NCBI GenBank assembly: GCA_963738405.1
Contig: CAVTWJ010000002.1
Coordinates: 64,001-128,000, forward strand
Reading direction: 5' to 3'
From: a candidate division FCPU426 bacterium
Lineage (GTDB): Bacteria; Oederibacteriota; Muellerivitia; Muellerivitales; Muellerivitaceae
DNA length: 64,000 bases
Under the pieces are notes generated by a model. That model ran no database searches. It was not told where the DNA came from and worked only from the letters and a program-made list of their open reading frames with translations. A program made the position numbers and the translations under genes. Shown here one piece after another: positions 1-8,879 of this stretch (within the stretch, counting starts at the first letter, position 1; each line of letters starts with the position of its first letter).

Positions 1-1
1 A

Positions 2-349
2 TTGAACGTTCGGCCAGAAATTGATGCCGAAGGTAACATTTCTTCATCTTTAAGAGCGGAAGTTAGCGGTCTCGATACCCAAAATGGCCTTTCCATCAAC
101 AACACTGTTATTCCCGCCTTAAAAACCCGCTGGGCCGAAACAACTGTTTACATGAAAAGCGGCAGCACAATGGTAATTGCCGGTCTTATCTCTGAAGAAA
201 ATCAGAAACTGACTTCAGGAATTCCCCTATTAAGCGACATACCTTTGATAGGTGAGCTTTTCCGTTTTACAGATAACGAAACTAGCCAATCAGAGTTGGT
301 CATCTTCGTAACGCCAACCCTTCTCGGTCAAACAGATTCTACAAGTTGA
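2..349 (+). CDS. Secretin C-terminal part (Tad RcpA/CpaC or T2SS GspD-like), 5'-truncated by window edge
   Basis: Secretin signature: TRWAETTVYMKSGSTMVIAGLI ... GIPLLSDIPLIGELFR ... ELVIFVTP. Confidence 0.85.
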   Translation: MNVRPEIDAEGNISSSLRAEVSGLDTQNGLSINNTVIPALKTRWAETTVYMKSGSTMVIAGLISEENQKLTSGIPLLSDIPLIGELFRFTDNETSQSELVIFVTPTLLGQTDSTS

Positions 350-350
350 C

Positions 351-812
351 CTACTCCGTCGCCGGAGGGGCCAACTTCAACCCATCCACCAAGTCCCCCG
401 CCTGCAGGTTGTAGCGGCTAAACCACCCCTTATTCATTTCCAGCGCGTATTTGGCGGGCCCCTGCGAGTAAAAGGAATCTTCTGTATAGGGGGGCATTTC
501 AAGAATGTTCTCAATTTTCCCTTGGTCGTCGATATAGGCGATGCTTAAGGGTATTTCGGTGTTTTTCATCCAAAAGGCCCGCACGGTGTCATCCGGAAAT
601 ACAAAAAGCATTCCCTGATCTTCAGGCAGGCTACTGCGAAACATTAGCCCCGTCATGCGGGTGGCTTCTTTGTTCGCCACTTCAACCGTGATGGTATGCT
701 GACGAAGGGTCAGTTTGACGGTGGGCAAATCGGTTTTGATTTCCTGTTTGCAACCCGCCAACCCCAACCCGATGAGAATGAACAAAAACAAAAAGCGGTG
801 TTTCCGGCCCAT
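351..812 (-). CDS. DUF192 family lipoprotein
   Basis: VEVA...GLMFR..LPEDQGMLFVF...FWMKNTEIPLSIAYID...ALEMNKG motifs; lipobox LAGC; start moved to ATG at 812. Confidence 0.85.
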   Translation of the reverse strand: MGRKHRFLFLFILIGLGLAGCKQEIKTDLPTVKLTLRQHTITVEVANKEATRMTGLMFRSSLPEDQGMLFVFPDDTVRAFWMKNTEIPLSIAYIDDQGKIENILEMPPYTEDSFYSQGPAKYALEMNKGWFSRYNLQAGDLVDGLKLAPPATE

Positions 813-884
813 CTCTCGAACCCCTTTTTTCGTGAAAATTGATTTAAATTGACGCTTTTTGAAACATTGGCGTAAAATCAAACC

Positions 885-1877
885 ATGAGAAAAACCCTTG
901 GTTTTTTGATGGTTCTCACCTTAGCACAAAGCTTTTCGGCCTTCCATGCCTCTGCCCAACCCACGGAAGCCCAATTAACAGCAGCATACAAATATTCCAT
1001 CCAGCTCTACGGCGCCCACAGGTTCGACCAAGCTAAAGAGATTTTCAAGAAAATCGCCACGGTCAGCACCAACCCCAGCTTGAACGCCAACTCTCTATAT
1101 TATTATTCCCAATGCGCCTTTCGAACCGAAGATTACGATGCTTGCGTGAGGGGCTTGGACGTTTTGGTTCAAAGATGGCCCAATTCAAACCCAGTGGTCC
1201 AGGGCTATGTTTTCAAATTTTGTTACTTTGTGATCAATCAGGTTTCGCATATTCAAGCCAAATGGGATTATTACCGCTACCCCGAAGGCAAAGATGACAA
1301 GGGGGATGTCTTCTGGAAAGAAAGCGTGCCCGCGGGATATACCGCCAAACGAATCAATTTCCGCCTCGGGTTCGGGCTATTGCGGGTTTTGAACCGCATT
1401 TATTCCAATGCCCCGCAGACGGCCGAATGCAAAAAGATGCTCGTCAAGATGATCAACACCCCCCTGACCATTCGCTGGGTGGATGAAAAGGCGCCTCCCG
1501 ACCATTGGTATCATCCAAGCGATTTTATTTCTTATTTTTCCACCGTTGAAAAAAAACATTTTTCCAATTTTATTTGCGAAAGACTTTTTGCCAATTGGAA
1601 AACAGAAAAACTATTTCTTTTCATGGATATGTACGATGACATCCGCAATTTAAAGCCCCGCTTTATCGCCTTGACCAAGAACCTGGAAGACGAGGATACA
1701 ACCACCGAGGCCCCTGCCGTTTCCTCCACTGGAGCCGCCGTCGCATCCACGTCGGTTTATGAAGACCCCAACATGGTCTTCACCCTCTCCAAGTTGTTTC
1801 AAGCCACTGGCTATAACCCCTTCACGGACAGTTCGACAAACGTTGTCGATTCCGGCCTTTCCGATTTGTCCCTGTAA
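885..1877 (+). CDS. Secreted hypothetical protein with N-terminal TPR-like helices
   Basis: 330-aa ORF with signal peptide; helical TPR-like pattern (FDQAKEIFKKI, SLYYYSQCAFRTEDYDAC). Confidence 0.6.
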   Translation: MRKTLGFLMVLTLAQSFSAFHASAQPTEAQLTAAYKYSIQLYGAHRFDQAKEIFKKIATVSTNPSLNANSLYYYSQCAFRTEDYDACVRGLDVLVQRWPNSNPVVQGYVFKFCYFVINQVSHIQAKWDYYRYPEGKDDKGDVFWKESVPAGYTAKRINFRLGFGLLRVLNRIYSNAPQTAECKKMLVKMINTPLTIRWVDEKAPPDHWYHPSDFISYFSTVEKKHFSNFICERLFANWKTEKLFLFMDMYDDIRNLKPRFIALTKNLEDEDTTTEAPAVSSTGAAVASTSVYEDPNMVFTLSKLFQATGYNPFTDSSTNVVDSGLSDLSL

Positions 1878-1880
1878 AAC

Positions 1881-2252
1881 ATGTCGAAAACAAAGTTAAT
1901 CCGAATCTTTCCCTTATCACTTCTAATTCTATTTTCGTGTTATTCATTAGTCTTGGCGGATTCCAATGTTGACTCAAGCGCCACCGCCTCGGTCACCCCC
2001 ATCCCCACATTGCAACCCAAAGGCCAGTCCTATACCAAGGCCTTTATTATTCATAAACCCTCCCCCGATCCCGCTTGGGGGAAGGTAGTTCAATATCATT
2101 CAGAAATATCGGTTGATCCGGCCACAAAAGCCAAAGAAACCCTCTACGAATTTGTTTTTCAAGATGATCAAGGTGTGATTCGTATTGCGAAGTATCATGA
2201 AGGCGATAACGGCGAAGGATATTGGGAAGTTTATCTATGGGACCTGCCGTAA
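1881..2252 (+). CDS. Secreted hypothetical protein
   Basis: 123-aa ORF with signal peptide, 3 nt after the previous stop. Confidence 0.6.
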   Translation: MSKTKLIRIFPLSLLILFSCYSLVLADSNVDSSATASVTPIPTLQPKGQSYTKAFIIHKPSPDPAWGKVVQYHSEISVDPATKAKETLYEFVFQDDQGVIRIAKYHEGDNGEGYWEVYLWDLP

Positions 2253-4273
2253 ACAAATTAGCCCCGGTAATCGGTTTTATGGGTGCCAAGGGCGGAAGCG
2301 GGACAACGACCCTTTGCGCGCTTCTTGGTCGCAACCTTGCCAAAAACGCAGGATTGCGATTGGGGATCATCGATACCCAACCTTTTCCTTTTTCGGCGCT
2401 CCCGCCAACTCTTTCCGTTTCATCCGCAGCCCGGCACCTATTACAACTAGAGCCTTACTTCGGGAAAATCACCCCTAAAATTTTAGAAAACGCTTTTCCG
2501 CAGTCGCCTGAGGGAGTTGCTTATATCCCCTTAAGATCGAACGACGAGCAGGGCTTCAACTTAATTAAAGGGATCCAAGCTCTATCGGCCTTAAAACCCC
2601 ATTACGATGCGCTCTGGGTTGATCTCTCCCCTCTCCCCCCCGATCAAATCCTTGCCGTATGGGATAGTCTCACTTCATTCATCTTAATTTCAAGTGTTGA
2701 CACTTCATCTCTAGCAGCCATCAAAACATGGGAGAAAAGAATCCTAGCCCAGAATCTGGATTTATCTCATGTTCGACTTGTTCTCAACCAAAACCAGCCA
2801 ATTGCCTCCGCCCATTTAGAGCCAATATCCGCATCAGCTGGTTTTCCCTTACTCGGTTCTTCCCCCTTCCTCGGCGAAAATCTCAGTCTAACTGTATGGG
2901 AAACAAAAGGTTTTCCAACCTTGTTGGAAAAACCCTTGGCGGCATTAACGGAAGCATTAAAGAACAGTTATCAAGGTCCGCAAAACGATGATTTCATTTC
3001 CCAACATTCGAAAGATTCTCTGCCAGAAACGATAGAGATGGAAGAAATTCACCAAATCCATACAAATCTCCTGGACCAACTCCGTCGTCAGGGCTTGATG
3101 GAGGAGGGAAAATCCAATAGTGGAAATCAGCGAAACCGCTTAGAACCAAGAGCTAAGGATATTCTCAATCAGATTTTGGCTGAATCCCACAACCGATCCC
3201 GGGAAATTAAACAAAAGGTTATGGACGAAGTTTTGGATTTGGCTTTCGGTTTAGGCCCATTGGAGCGATTGATTCAGAATGACGAAATCACTGAAGTGAT
3301 GGTCAACGGGCCCAGCCAAGTTTTTATTGAGAAAAAAGGGCTTTTGGAACCCTCTGATGCCCGCTTTTTAGACGATCAACAATTACGAACGGTTATAGAA
3401 AGAATCCTTGCACCAATCGGAAGACGAATCGACGAGAGCCAACCCTATGTCGACGGCCGATTGGCGGACGGCTCTCGGATAAACGCCGTAATTCCCCCTT
3501 TAAGTCTGAGCGGACCAGTTTTGACAATACGAAAGTTTTCAAAGAAAAAACTTACAGTGGAAGATTTAATAAAGTTTGGTTCCCTGACAAGGGAAGCCGC
3601 CGACTTCTTGGGCGCCTGCGTTCGAGCCCGAAAAAACATTGTTGTTTCTGGAGGTACCGGTTCTGGGAAAACTACTCTTTTGAACGTTTTATCCAATTTC
3701 ATCCCGGAAAACGAACGGATCGTCACCATCGAGGATTCTGCAGAATTAAAATTATCCCAGGATCACGTAGTTCGGCTTGAAGCCAGACCCGCAAACCTGG
3801 AAGGAAAAGGTCAAGTTTCAATCCGGGATCTGGTTATCAACTCTTTACGTATGCGCCCAGATCGAATCGTAGTTGGCGAGGTCCGTGGCGCTGAGGCTTT
3901 GGATATGCTGCAAGCAATGAATACCGGTCACGATGGTTCCCTCACTACCGGTCACGCCAATACCCCCAGGGATATTCTTTCTCGCTTGGAAACCATGTGC
4001 CTTTTCGCAGGCCTTGACCTGCCCCTAAAAGCAATCCGTGAACAAATCGCGCGGGCTGTTCATTTAGTGGTCCAACAAAGCCGCCTACCCGGCGGAAAAA
4101 GAACCATTACCCACATTACTGCTCTGCAGGGGATGGAAGGGGATGTGGTAATGCTTCAGGACTTGTTTCTTTACGAGGAAGGCAAGGGGTTGGTGCGAGG
4201 CAACTTTGCCCCGACCTTCATCGACGATCTTCGGCGGGTGGGCTACCAATGGCCCGGGCACGGGGCCTCTTAA
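2237..4273 (+). CDS. Fused CpaE/TadZ-like (ParA/MinD-type) domain + CpaF/TadA pilus assembly ATPase
   Basis: N-terminal deviant Walker [12 protein letters not shown]-terminal TadA motifs [52 protein letters not shown]. Confidence 0.9.
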   Translation: MGPAVNKLAPVIGFMGAKGGSGTTTLCALLGRNLAKNAGLRLGIIDTQPFPFSALPPTLSVSSAARHLLQLEPYFGKITPKILENAFPQSPEGVAYIPLRSNDEQGFNLIKGIQALSALKPHYDALWVDLSPLPPDQILAVWDSLTSFILISSVDTSSLAAIKTWEKRILAQNLDLSHVRLVLNQNQPIASAHLEPISASAGFPLLGSSPFLGENLSLTVWETKGFPTLLEKPLAALTEALKNSYQGPQNDDFISQHSKDSLPETIEMEEIHQIHTNLLDQLRRQGLMEEGKSNSGNQRNRLEPRAKDILNQILAESHNRSREIKQKVMDEVLDLAFGLGPLERLIQNDEITEVMVNGPSQVFIEKKGLLEPSDARFLDDQQLRTVIERILAPIGRRIDESQPYVDGRLADGSRINAVIPPLSLSGPVLTIRKFSKKKLTVEDLIKFGSLTREAADFLGACVRARKNIVVSGGTGSGKTTLLNVLSNFIPENERIVTIEDSAELKLSQDHVVRLEARPANLEGKGQVSIRDLVINSLRMRPDRIVVGEVRGAEALDMLQAMNTGHDGSLTTGHANTPRDILSRLETMCLFAGLDLPLKAIREQIARAVHLVVQQSRLPGGKRTITHITALQGMEGDVVMLQDLFLYEEGKGLVRGNFAPTFIDDLRRVGYQWPGHGAS

Positions 4274-4291
4274 GCATTCTTTTTTTTAGCT

Positions 4292-4693
4292 TTACCTCGC
4301 TAAAGTTTCGGTTCCAAGCGCGCCATTACTCCCAGAAACCGCCCATTCCCCGTTGAGGGTTAGGCTTCCGTTGAAATCAGAAATTTGATAAACAACGATT
4401 CCGGATCTTTTTGGGGCATACCAGCTTACCGAGAGCATATTCCCATTTCGTATTCCAATGCCCGTATCAAGGGTCCCTCCGAATTTCCACACCAGCCGAT
4501 AGGTTGTTGATCCCAACTTGAAAATACTTACTGTCCCTTGATAGGGATTCACATTTCCGGGATTGGTTCCTGTGCATGAATAGTCACCCGTAATATCCGT
4601 TTGGGCTGTTGTTTGTGCCATCAACGGCGCAAATCCAAAAAGCAAAAACAATATTGAAAAAACAGCCACTCTATTCCGTTTGTTTAAGAACAT
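4292..4693 (-). CDS. Small secreted hypothetical beta-rich protein
   Basis: Signal peptide, SD-like GGGGAGG upstream; DITGDYSCTGTNPG..YQGTVSI pattern. Confidence 0.65.
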   Translation of the reverse strand: MFLNKRNRVAVFSILFLLFGFAPLMAQTTAQTDITGDYSCTGTNPGNVNPYQGTVSIFKLGSTTYRLVWKFGGTLDTGIGIRNGNMLSVSWYAPKRSGIVVYQISDFNGSLTLNGEWAVSGSNGALGTETLAR

Positions 4694-4754
4694 AATTGCC
4701 TCCCCTTAATTTAAAATTTCTCGAAACAAGAAAAAAAGACGGTTGAAATTAATC

Positions 4755-5276
4755 CTACTTCTTTTTCTTCTTGGCAGCCTTGGCCTGCGCGGCCTTTTCA
4801 TCCGGGGTCAGGGGGGCCGGCTGGTAGGTGGAATCACCCACCGGGGTGATCTGCGCGATCTCGGCCTGGTACTTGCTGTAATCGTTCAATTGCCCGTTGC
4901 GCAAGGGGAGCGTGCGATCGTCGGCGTCCAGGGGACCCTCGGGCGGGACGAAATCCCCCAAATAGGCACGGCAGATCCATTCTTTTTCCGCGGCCTGATC
5001 CACCCAATGGGTGTGGGGCAAATAGTAAAATTCCTGAACTTCCTGGTAATCCCACATGGCCTGCTTGTATTGCTTGGAGGCGAAATGGGCTTCTCCCCTG
5101 TCATAGGCGTCATGGGCCCTGCGGATGATTTCCAAATTCGCCAGGCCATAGGCCACCAACAGAGTTCCCACGATCGCCAGGGCGGTTTTCCAACCATTCG
5201 AAATGCCCTGGGAACCAGCGGCGGATTCGCTCACAACATTGCTTGGGGACGGGGTTACGGATTCCATTTCAGACAA
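4755..5276 (-). CDS. Hypothetical single-pass membrane protein with TPR-like helix
   Basis: One TM segment, SD GGAGG upstream, directly downstream of pheS. Confidence 0.65.
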   Translation of the reverse strand: MSEMESVTPSPSNVVSESAAGSQGISNGWKTALAIVGTLLVAYGLANLEIIRRAHDAYDRGEAHFASKQYKQAMWDYQEVQEFYYLPHTHWVDQAAEKEWICRAYLGDFVPPEGPLDADDRTLPLRNGQLNDYSKYQAEIAQITPVGDSTYQPAPLTPDEKAAQAKAAKKKKK

Positions 5277-5290
5277 AGCATCCTCCGAAT

Positions 5291-6313
5291 CTAAAATTGC
5301 TTTAAAAAGCGCAGGTCATTTTGATAAAAAAGCCGGATGTCATCGATATCATATTGGAAGAGGGCGATCCGTTCCACTCCCATGCCGAAGGCGAATCCGG
5401 TCCATTTTTCCGGGTCCACGCCGCAATTGGTCAAAACCGCCGGATCGATCATGCCGCATCCCAGAAGCTCAACCCAGCCGGATTGCTTGCAAATTCGGCA
5501 GCCCTTCCCCTCGCAAAAAATACAGGAAATATCCATTTCCGCGCTGGGCTCGGTGAAAGGGAAAAAGCTGGGGCGGAATCGGGTTTGAACCCTGTTTCCA
5601 AAAAACTTCTTTATAAAAGTATCCAAGGTTCCCTTCAAGTGCCCGAAATGGATGCCTTCATCCACCAGGAACCCCTCGACTTGGTGAAAAATATGATGAT
5701 GAGTAGCGTCAATGGCCTCGTTGCGGTAAACCCTCCCCGGGGCGATGAATTTGAAGGGCGGTTTGTTGTTCTGCATGACCCTAATTTGAATGGGCGAAGT
5801 ATGGGTGCGCATTAACAAATCGTCCGAAAGATAAAAGGTGTCCTGGGCGTCCCGGGCGGGATGATCGGGTGGAAAATTAAGCGCCAAAAAATTGTAATAA
5901 TCGGTTTCCACATCCGGACCCTGGGCCGTGTCAAAACCCATTTCTTTAAAAATGGTGGTGATGTCGTTTAAGACCTTGGTGAGGGGGTTCAGCTTGCCAA
6001 GGGGAATCTGACGGCCGGGAAGGGTTGGGTCAAAATCGAGCCTGGACTTATCCAGGCTGCTCAGTTCAAGGGCCTCTTTTTTCTGATCCAAAAGAGAAGA
6101 AACCCTGTTTTTAACCTCGTTGACAGCCTTACCCATGGCGGGTTTTTCAGCCGGGGGCACCTTGGAGAGTTCTTTTAAAAGCCCGGTCACCTCACCGCTT
6201 TTCCCCAGAAAACGGACCCTAACCTCTTCCAATTGTTTTAGGTCCTGGGCGGCGGAAACCGCCTCTTCAGCCTTTAACGATAAGTTTTTCAATAAATCCT
6301 GCAGGGCCACCAC
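5291..6313 (-). CDS. pheS: Phenylalanine--tRNA ligase alpha subunit
   Basis: HPARDAQDTFY, LMRTHTSPIQIR, FHQVEG, RFRPSFFPFTEPS, GFAFGMGVER motifs. Confidence 0.98.
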   Translation of the reverse strand: MVALQDLLKNLSLKAEEAVSAAQDLKQLEEVRVRFLGKSGEVTGLLKELSKVPPAEKPAMGKAVNEVKNRVSSLLDQKKEALELSSLDKSRLDFDPTLPGRQIPLGKLNPLTKVLNDITTIFKEMGFDTAQGPDVETDYYNFLALNFPPDHPARDAQDTFYLSDDLLMRTHTSPIQIRVMQNNKPPFKFIAPGRVYRNEAIDATHHHIFHQVEGFLVDEGIHFGHLKGTLDTFIKKFFGNRVQTRFRPSFFPFTEPSAEMDISCIFCEGKGCRICKQSGWVELLGCGMIDPAVLTNCGVDPEKWTGFAFGMGVERIALFQYDIDDIRLFYQNDLRFLKQF

Positions 6314-6398
6314 ATGCCTCTATCAATTCAAAATATTCAACTTTGGAAGGCATATTATTGGGGGAGAGGGGTGGATTTTCACCAACAAAAAAACTTTT

Positions 6399-6587
6399 CT
6401 AGTTGTGGAAGGTCTCTGTTCGGCTTTCAAAAGAAAATTCAATTTCCACGCTGGTTTGAGAAAAAGCTAAGAAAGAAGCGATGGAACCCGTCTTTTTGAA
6501 CTCACGCCATAGACTTTCAGGGGTTTGAGACGGAACCGGAAGACCCCGATGACTTTCATTTTCAAGGAGGAAGGGATTTGTTTTCAT
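6399..6587 (-). CDS. Candidate small protein (62 aa), YqzL-like motif
   Basis: Fills the trmH-pheS gap on the same strand; LWREFKKTGSIASFL resembles the YqzL W-x-x-F-x-x-T-G-x-I pattern; weak RBS. Confidence 0.4.
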   Translation of the reverse strand: MKTNPFLLENESHRGLPVPSQTPESLWREFKKTGSIASFLAFSQTSVEIEFSFESRTETFHN

Positions 6588-6622
6588 GTCTTTTTGAAGT
6601 GTATCACTCACCCGCAGGGCTG

Positions 6623-7441
6623 TCAAAGTGCGGGGACCTTTGCGGAGTACCAAAATAAAGCCACGCTGGCGGCCACCCCTGCGTTGAGGGACTCGGTGGA
6701 ACCTTGCATCGGTATCCGGGCGCGAACCGCGCAGGCGGTTAAAAGTTCGGCCGGGAGCCCCTTCCCTTCCGATCCCACCCAAAGAAGCGCGGGCTCTTGG
6801 CGGTTGAGTTCGAGAAGTGATTTTTCAGCCGTCCCCGCCAAACCCACCATGGGTATTTTTTTCTCACCGGCCCATTGTTGGCAGTTTTCCCAGGATTGAC
6901 CCTGCATGATGGGAATTCGAAATAAAGAACCCATCGACGATCGGACCACCTTGGGGTTGTAAGGATCGCAGGAATCTTCTGTAATTAGAACACCCTGGGC
7001 TCCGAAGGCTTCGGCGGAGCGCAAAAGCGTGCCCATGTTTCCCGCGTCTTGGATCTGGCAGATTCCAAGAACCAGTCGGCTGTTCTCAGGGGGCCAAGCC
7101 GGTTCGATTTTCTTCACGACCGCCACAATTCCCTGGGGTGTGACCGTATCGGACATGTAAGAGATGATCTTGGAGGGCGCTTCAAAGACTTTGGTCTTTT
7201 CCCGGTGCGCCTTTTCCTCAATTCTCTGGCCCTCGACGCTCAACCAAGCTTCCTTGGTCGCGAAGATGAACCGGAAATGAAGGCCGCTTTTTTGAGCTTC
7301 TTCGATTAAATGATACCCTTCGCACAAAAAATCTTCCTGATCCCTAATTTTCCGCGGCTGTTTGAGGGAAAAGGCGTGCTTGACCATCGAGTTGCTCACG
7401 CTTTGAATGGATGCTTTGGGGGGCATGGTTTCCTCTGCCAA
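6623..7441 (-). CDS. TrmH/SpoU family RNA methyltransferase
   Basis: IQDAGNMGTLLRSAEAFG, VGSEGKG, IPMQGSTESLNAGVA SPOUT motifs. Confidence 0.93.
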   Translation of the reverse strand: MAEETMPPKASIQSVSNSMVKHAFSLKQPRKIRDQEDFLCEGYHLIEEAQKSGLHFRFIFATKEAWLSVEGQRIEEKAHREKTKVFEAPSKIISYMSDTVTPQGIVAVVKKIEPAWPPENSRLVLGICQIQDAGNMGTLLRSAEAFGAQGVLITEDSCDPYNPKVVRSSMGSLFRIPIMQGQSWENCQQWAGEKKIPMVGLAGTAEKSLLELNRQEPALLWVGSEGKGLPAELLTACAVRARIPMQGSTESLNAGVAASVALFWYSAKVPAL

Positions 7442-7490
7442 TTTATAGACGAAACAATTATGAACCTATTCACGGCTCAGCTCCAACAAC

Positions 7491-7524
7491 AAAAAACCCC
7501 TCACCGTTTAAACGATGAGGGGTT
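7491..7524 (-). terminator. Intrinsic terminator after rplT
   Basis: AACCCCTCATCG-TTTAAA-CGGTGAGGGGTT stem followed by a U-run on the minus strand. Confidence 0.8.
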
Positions 7525-7549
7525 GGTGATATTGCGGATGATGCGGATT

Positions 7550-7912
7550 TTACTTTTTCGGCGCGTTTGCCTTGGCCACTTCAACAATCTGGGCGAAAGC
7601 CTTGGGGTCGGTAAGCGCCAGATCCGATAGGATCTTGCGGTCCAGATCGACCGATGCTTTCTTTAAACCCGCCATGAATTGGCTATAGGACATCCCGTGC
7701 TCGCGCGCAGCGGCGTTGAGGCGGGTAATCCAGAGGCGACGGAATTCCCTCTTGCGGGCCTTGCGGTCCCGAAAGGCGTAATTCCCCGAGCGTTTGGAAG
7801 CTTCCCGAACCGTACGGTACTGCCGGCTCTTGGCTCCAAAATAGCCCTTGGTCAGCTTGAAAAACTTCTTCTTACGTTTTCTCTTCGCGACTGCGCGTTT
7901 AATGCGTGCCAT
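7550..7912 (-). CDS. rplT: 50S ribosomal protein L20
   Basis: MARIKR...KGYFG...AFRDRKARKREFRRLWITRLNAAAR. Confidence 0.98.
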   Translation of the reverse strand: MARIKRAVAKRKRKKKFFKLTKGYFGAKSRQYRTVREASKRSGNYAFRDRKARKREFRRLWITRLNAAAREHGMSYSQFMAGLKKASVDLDRKILSDLALTDPKAFAQIVEVAKANAPKK

Positions 7913-7928
7913 AGTTCTCTCCGGTTAT

Positions 7929-8129
7929 TTAAATCTGAATCATCCGTTTGATGCGGAAGGTGTGGGTTTTGCCCAAAACGGGCTGGCCTTTTAAATGGCG
8001 CTTGCGCTTGCGGGATTTATGGGCGAGCAAATGGCCGCGGCCCGTTTGCTTTTTCACCATAATTTTTCCCGTTCCCGTCACCTTAAAGCGCTTGAGAATG
8101 CTCTTTTTGGTTTTGAATCCCTTACCCAT
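7929..8129 (-). CDS. rpmI: 50S ribosomal protein L35
   Basis: KTKKSILKRFKVTGTGK...HLLAHKSRKRKRHL; lies between infC and rplT. Confidence 0.95.
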   Translation of the reverse strand: MGKGFKTKKSILKRFKVTGTGKIMVKKQTGRGHLLAHKSRKRKRHLKGQPVLGKTHTFRIKRMIQI

Positions 8130-8688
8130 TTTCACCTTCCTTGATTTCTGGAGTTTCTTTCCCGCCCGGTTTCATAGGCTTGGGATTAAAGTAAGCGATG
8201 ATCTGCATCCCCTCATCCTTAGGCGGGGCTTCCAAATCCCCCACTTCCGCCAAGTCTTCCAAAACCCGGTCCATGAGCTGGCGTCCCAAATCCTTGTGGC
8301 TCATTTCCCGGCCCCTAAAAATCAACGCGACCTTCACCTTGTCGCCGTGTTCAAAAAAGTTCCAGGCCATTTTCAGTTTGGTCTGGTAATCATGCTCGTC
8401 AATTTTGGGCCGAATCTTGAGTTCTTTCACCTTCATGACCCGCTGTTTTTTAGAGGCTTCCTTGTCGCGCTTACGCTGCGCGTACCGGAACTTACCATAG
8501 TTCATAATTTTGCAGACGGGCGGCACTCCGTCAGGGGCGATCTCCACCAAATCCAAAGCCTTTTCCCGGGCGATGGTCTGCGCCTTGGCCAAATCCACAA
8601 TGCCTAACTGCTCTCCCGCGTCCCCAATCAAACGGACCTGCCGGGCCCGGATTTGATGGTTGATCTTTAATTCTTTTTGCGAAGAAAT
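8122..8688 (-). CDS. infC: Translation initiation factor IF-3, non-canonical ATT start
   Basis: IF-3 motifs LDLVEIAP, PPVCKIMNYGKF, IRPKIDEHD, FRGRE; frame extends to ATT at 8688, with AGGAGGT 7 nt upstream. Confidence 0.95.
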   Translation of the reverse strand: MSSQKELKINHQIRARQVRLIGDAGEQLGIVDLAKAQTIAREKALDLVEIAPDGVPPVCKIMNYGKFRYAQRKRDKEASKKQRVMKVKELKIRPKIDEHDYQTKLKMAWNFFEHGDKVKVALIFRGREMSHKDLGRQLMDRVLEDLAEVGDLEAPPKDEGMQIIAYFNPKPMKPGGKETPEIKEGENG

Positions 8689-8702
8689 AGAAACGACCTC
8701 CT

Positions 8703-8832
8703 GTTTAAAATAAAAAAGGACGAAGCCATAGGGCCCCGTCCTGGTCCATTCAAAGCAAAGCTTGAGTGATGACTCGAACCCTTTCGCGCCCTGAAGGGCT
8801 GGGGGTGAGGAGACGGAATCCCCTGCTTGAGG
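8703..8832 (-). ncRNA. Putative L20 leader (autoregulatory attenuator of infC-rpmI-rplT)
   Basis: 5' segment AAGCAGGGGATTCCGTCTCCTCACC resembles the L20-leader 5' hairpin as recalled; ends in terminator GGACGGGGCC-CTAT-GGCTTCGTCC-TTTTTT just before the infC SD. Confidence 0.6.
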
Positions 8833-8879
8833 GAAGAATCCTACCCACAGCCTATTTCTTTGTCAAAGCTTTTCTGGGG

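Noticed and set aside
4743..5294. Long antisense/shadow ORFs (e.g. 4743..5294, 9936..10724, 37533..38327, 40599..41468)
   Set aside because: They lie opposite well-supported genes and have no recognisable motifs; typical of GC-rich codon bias
6314..6622. T-box or pheM-type attenuator upstream of pheS
   Set aside because: No T-box consensus and no short Phe-rich leader with a terminator seen
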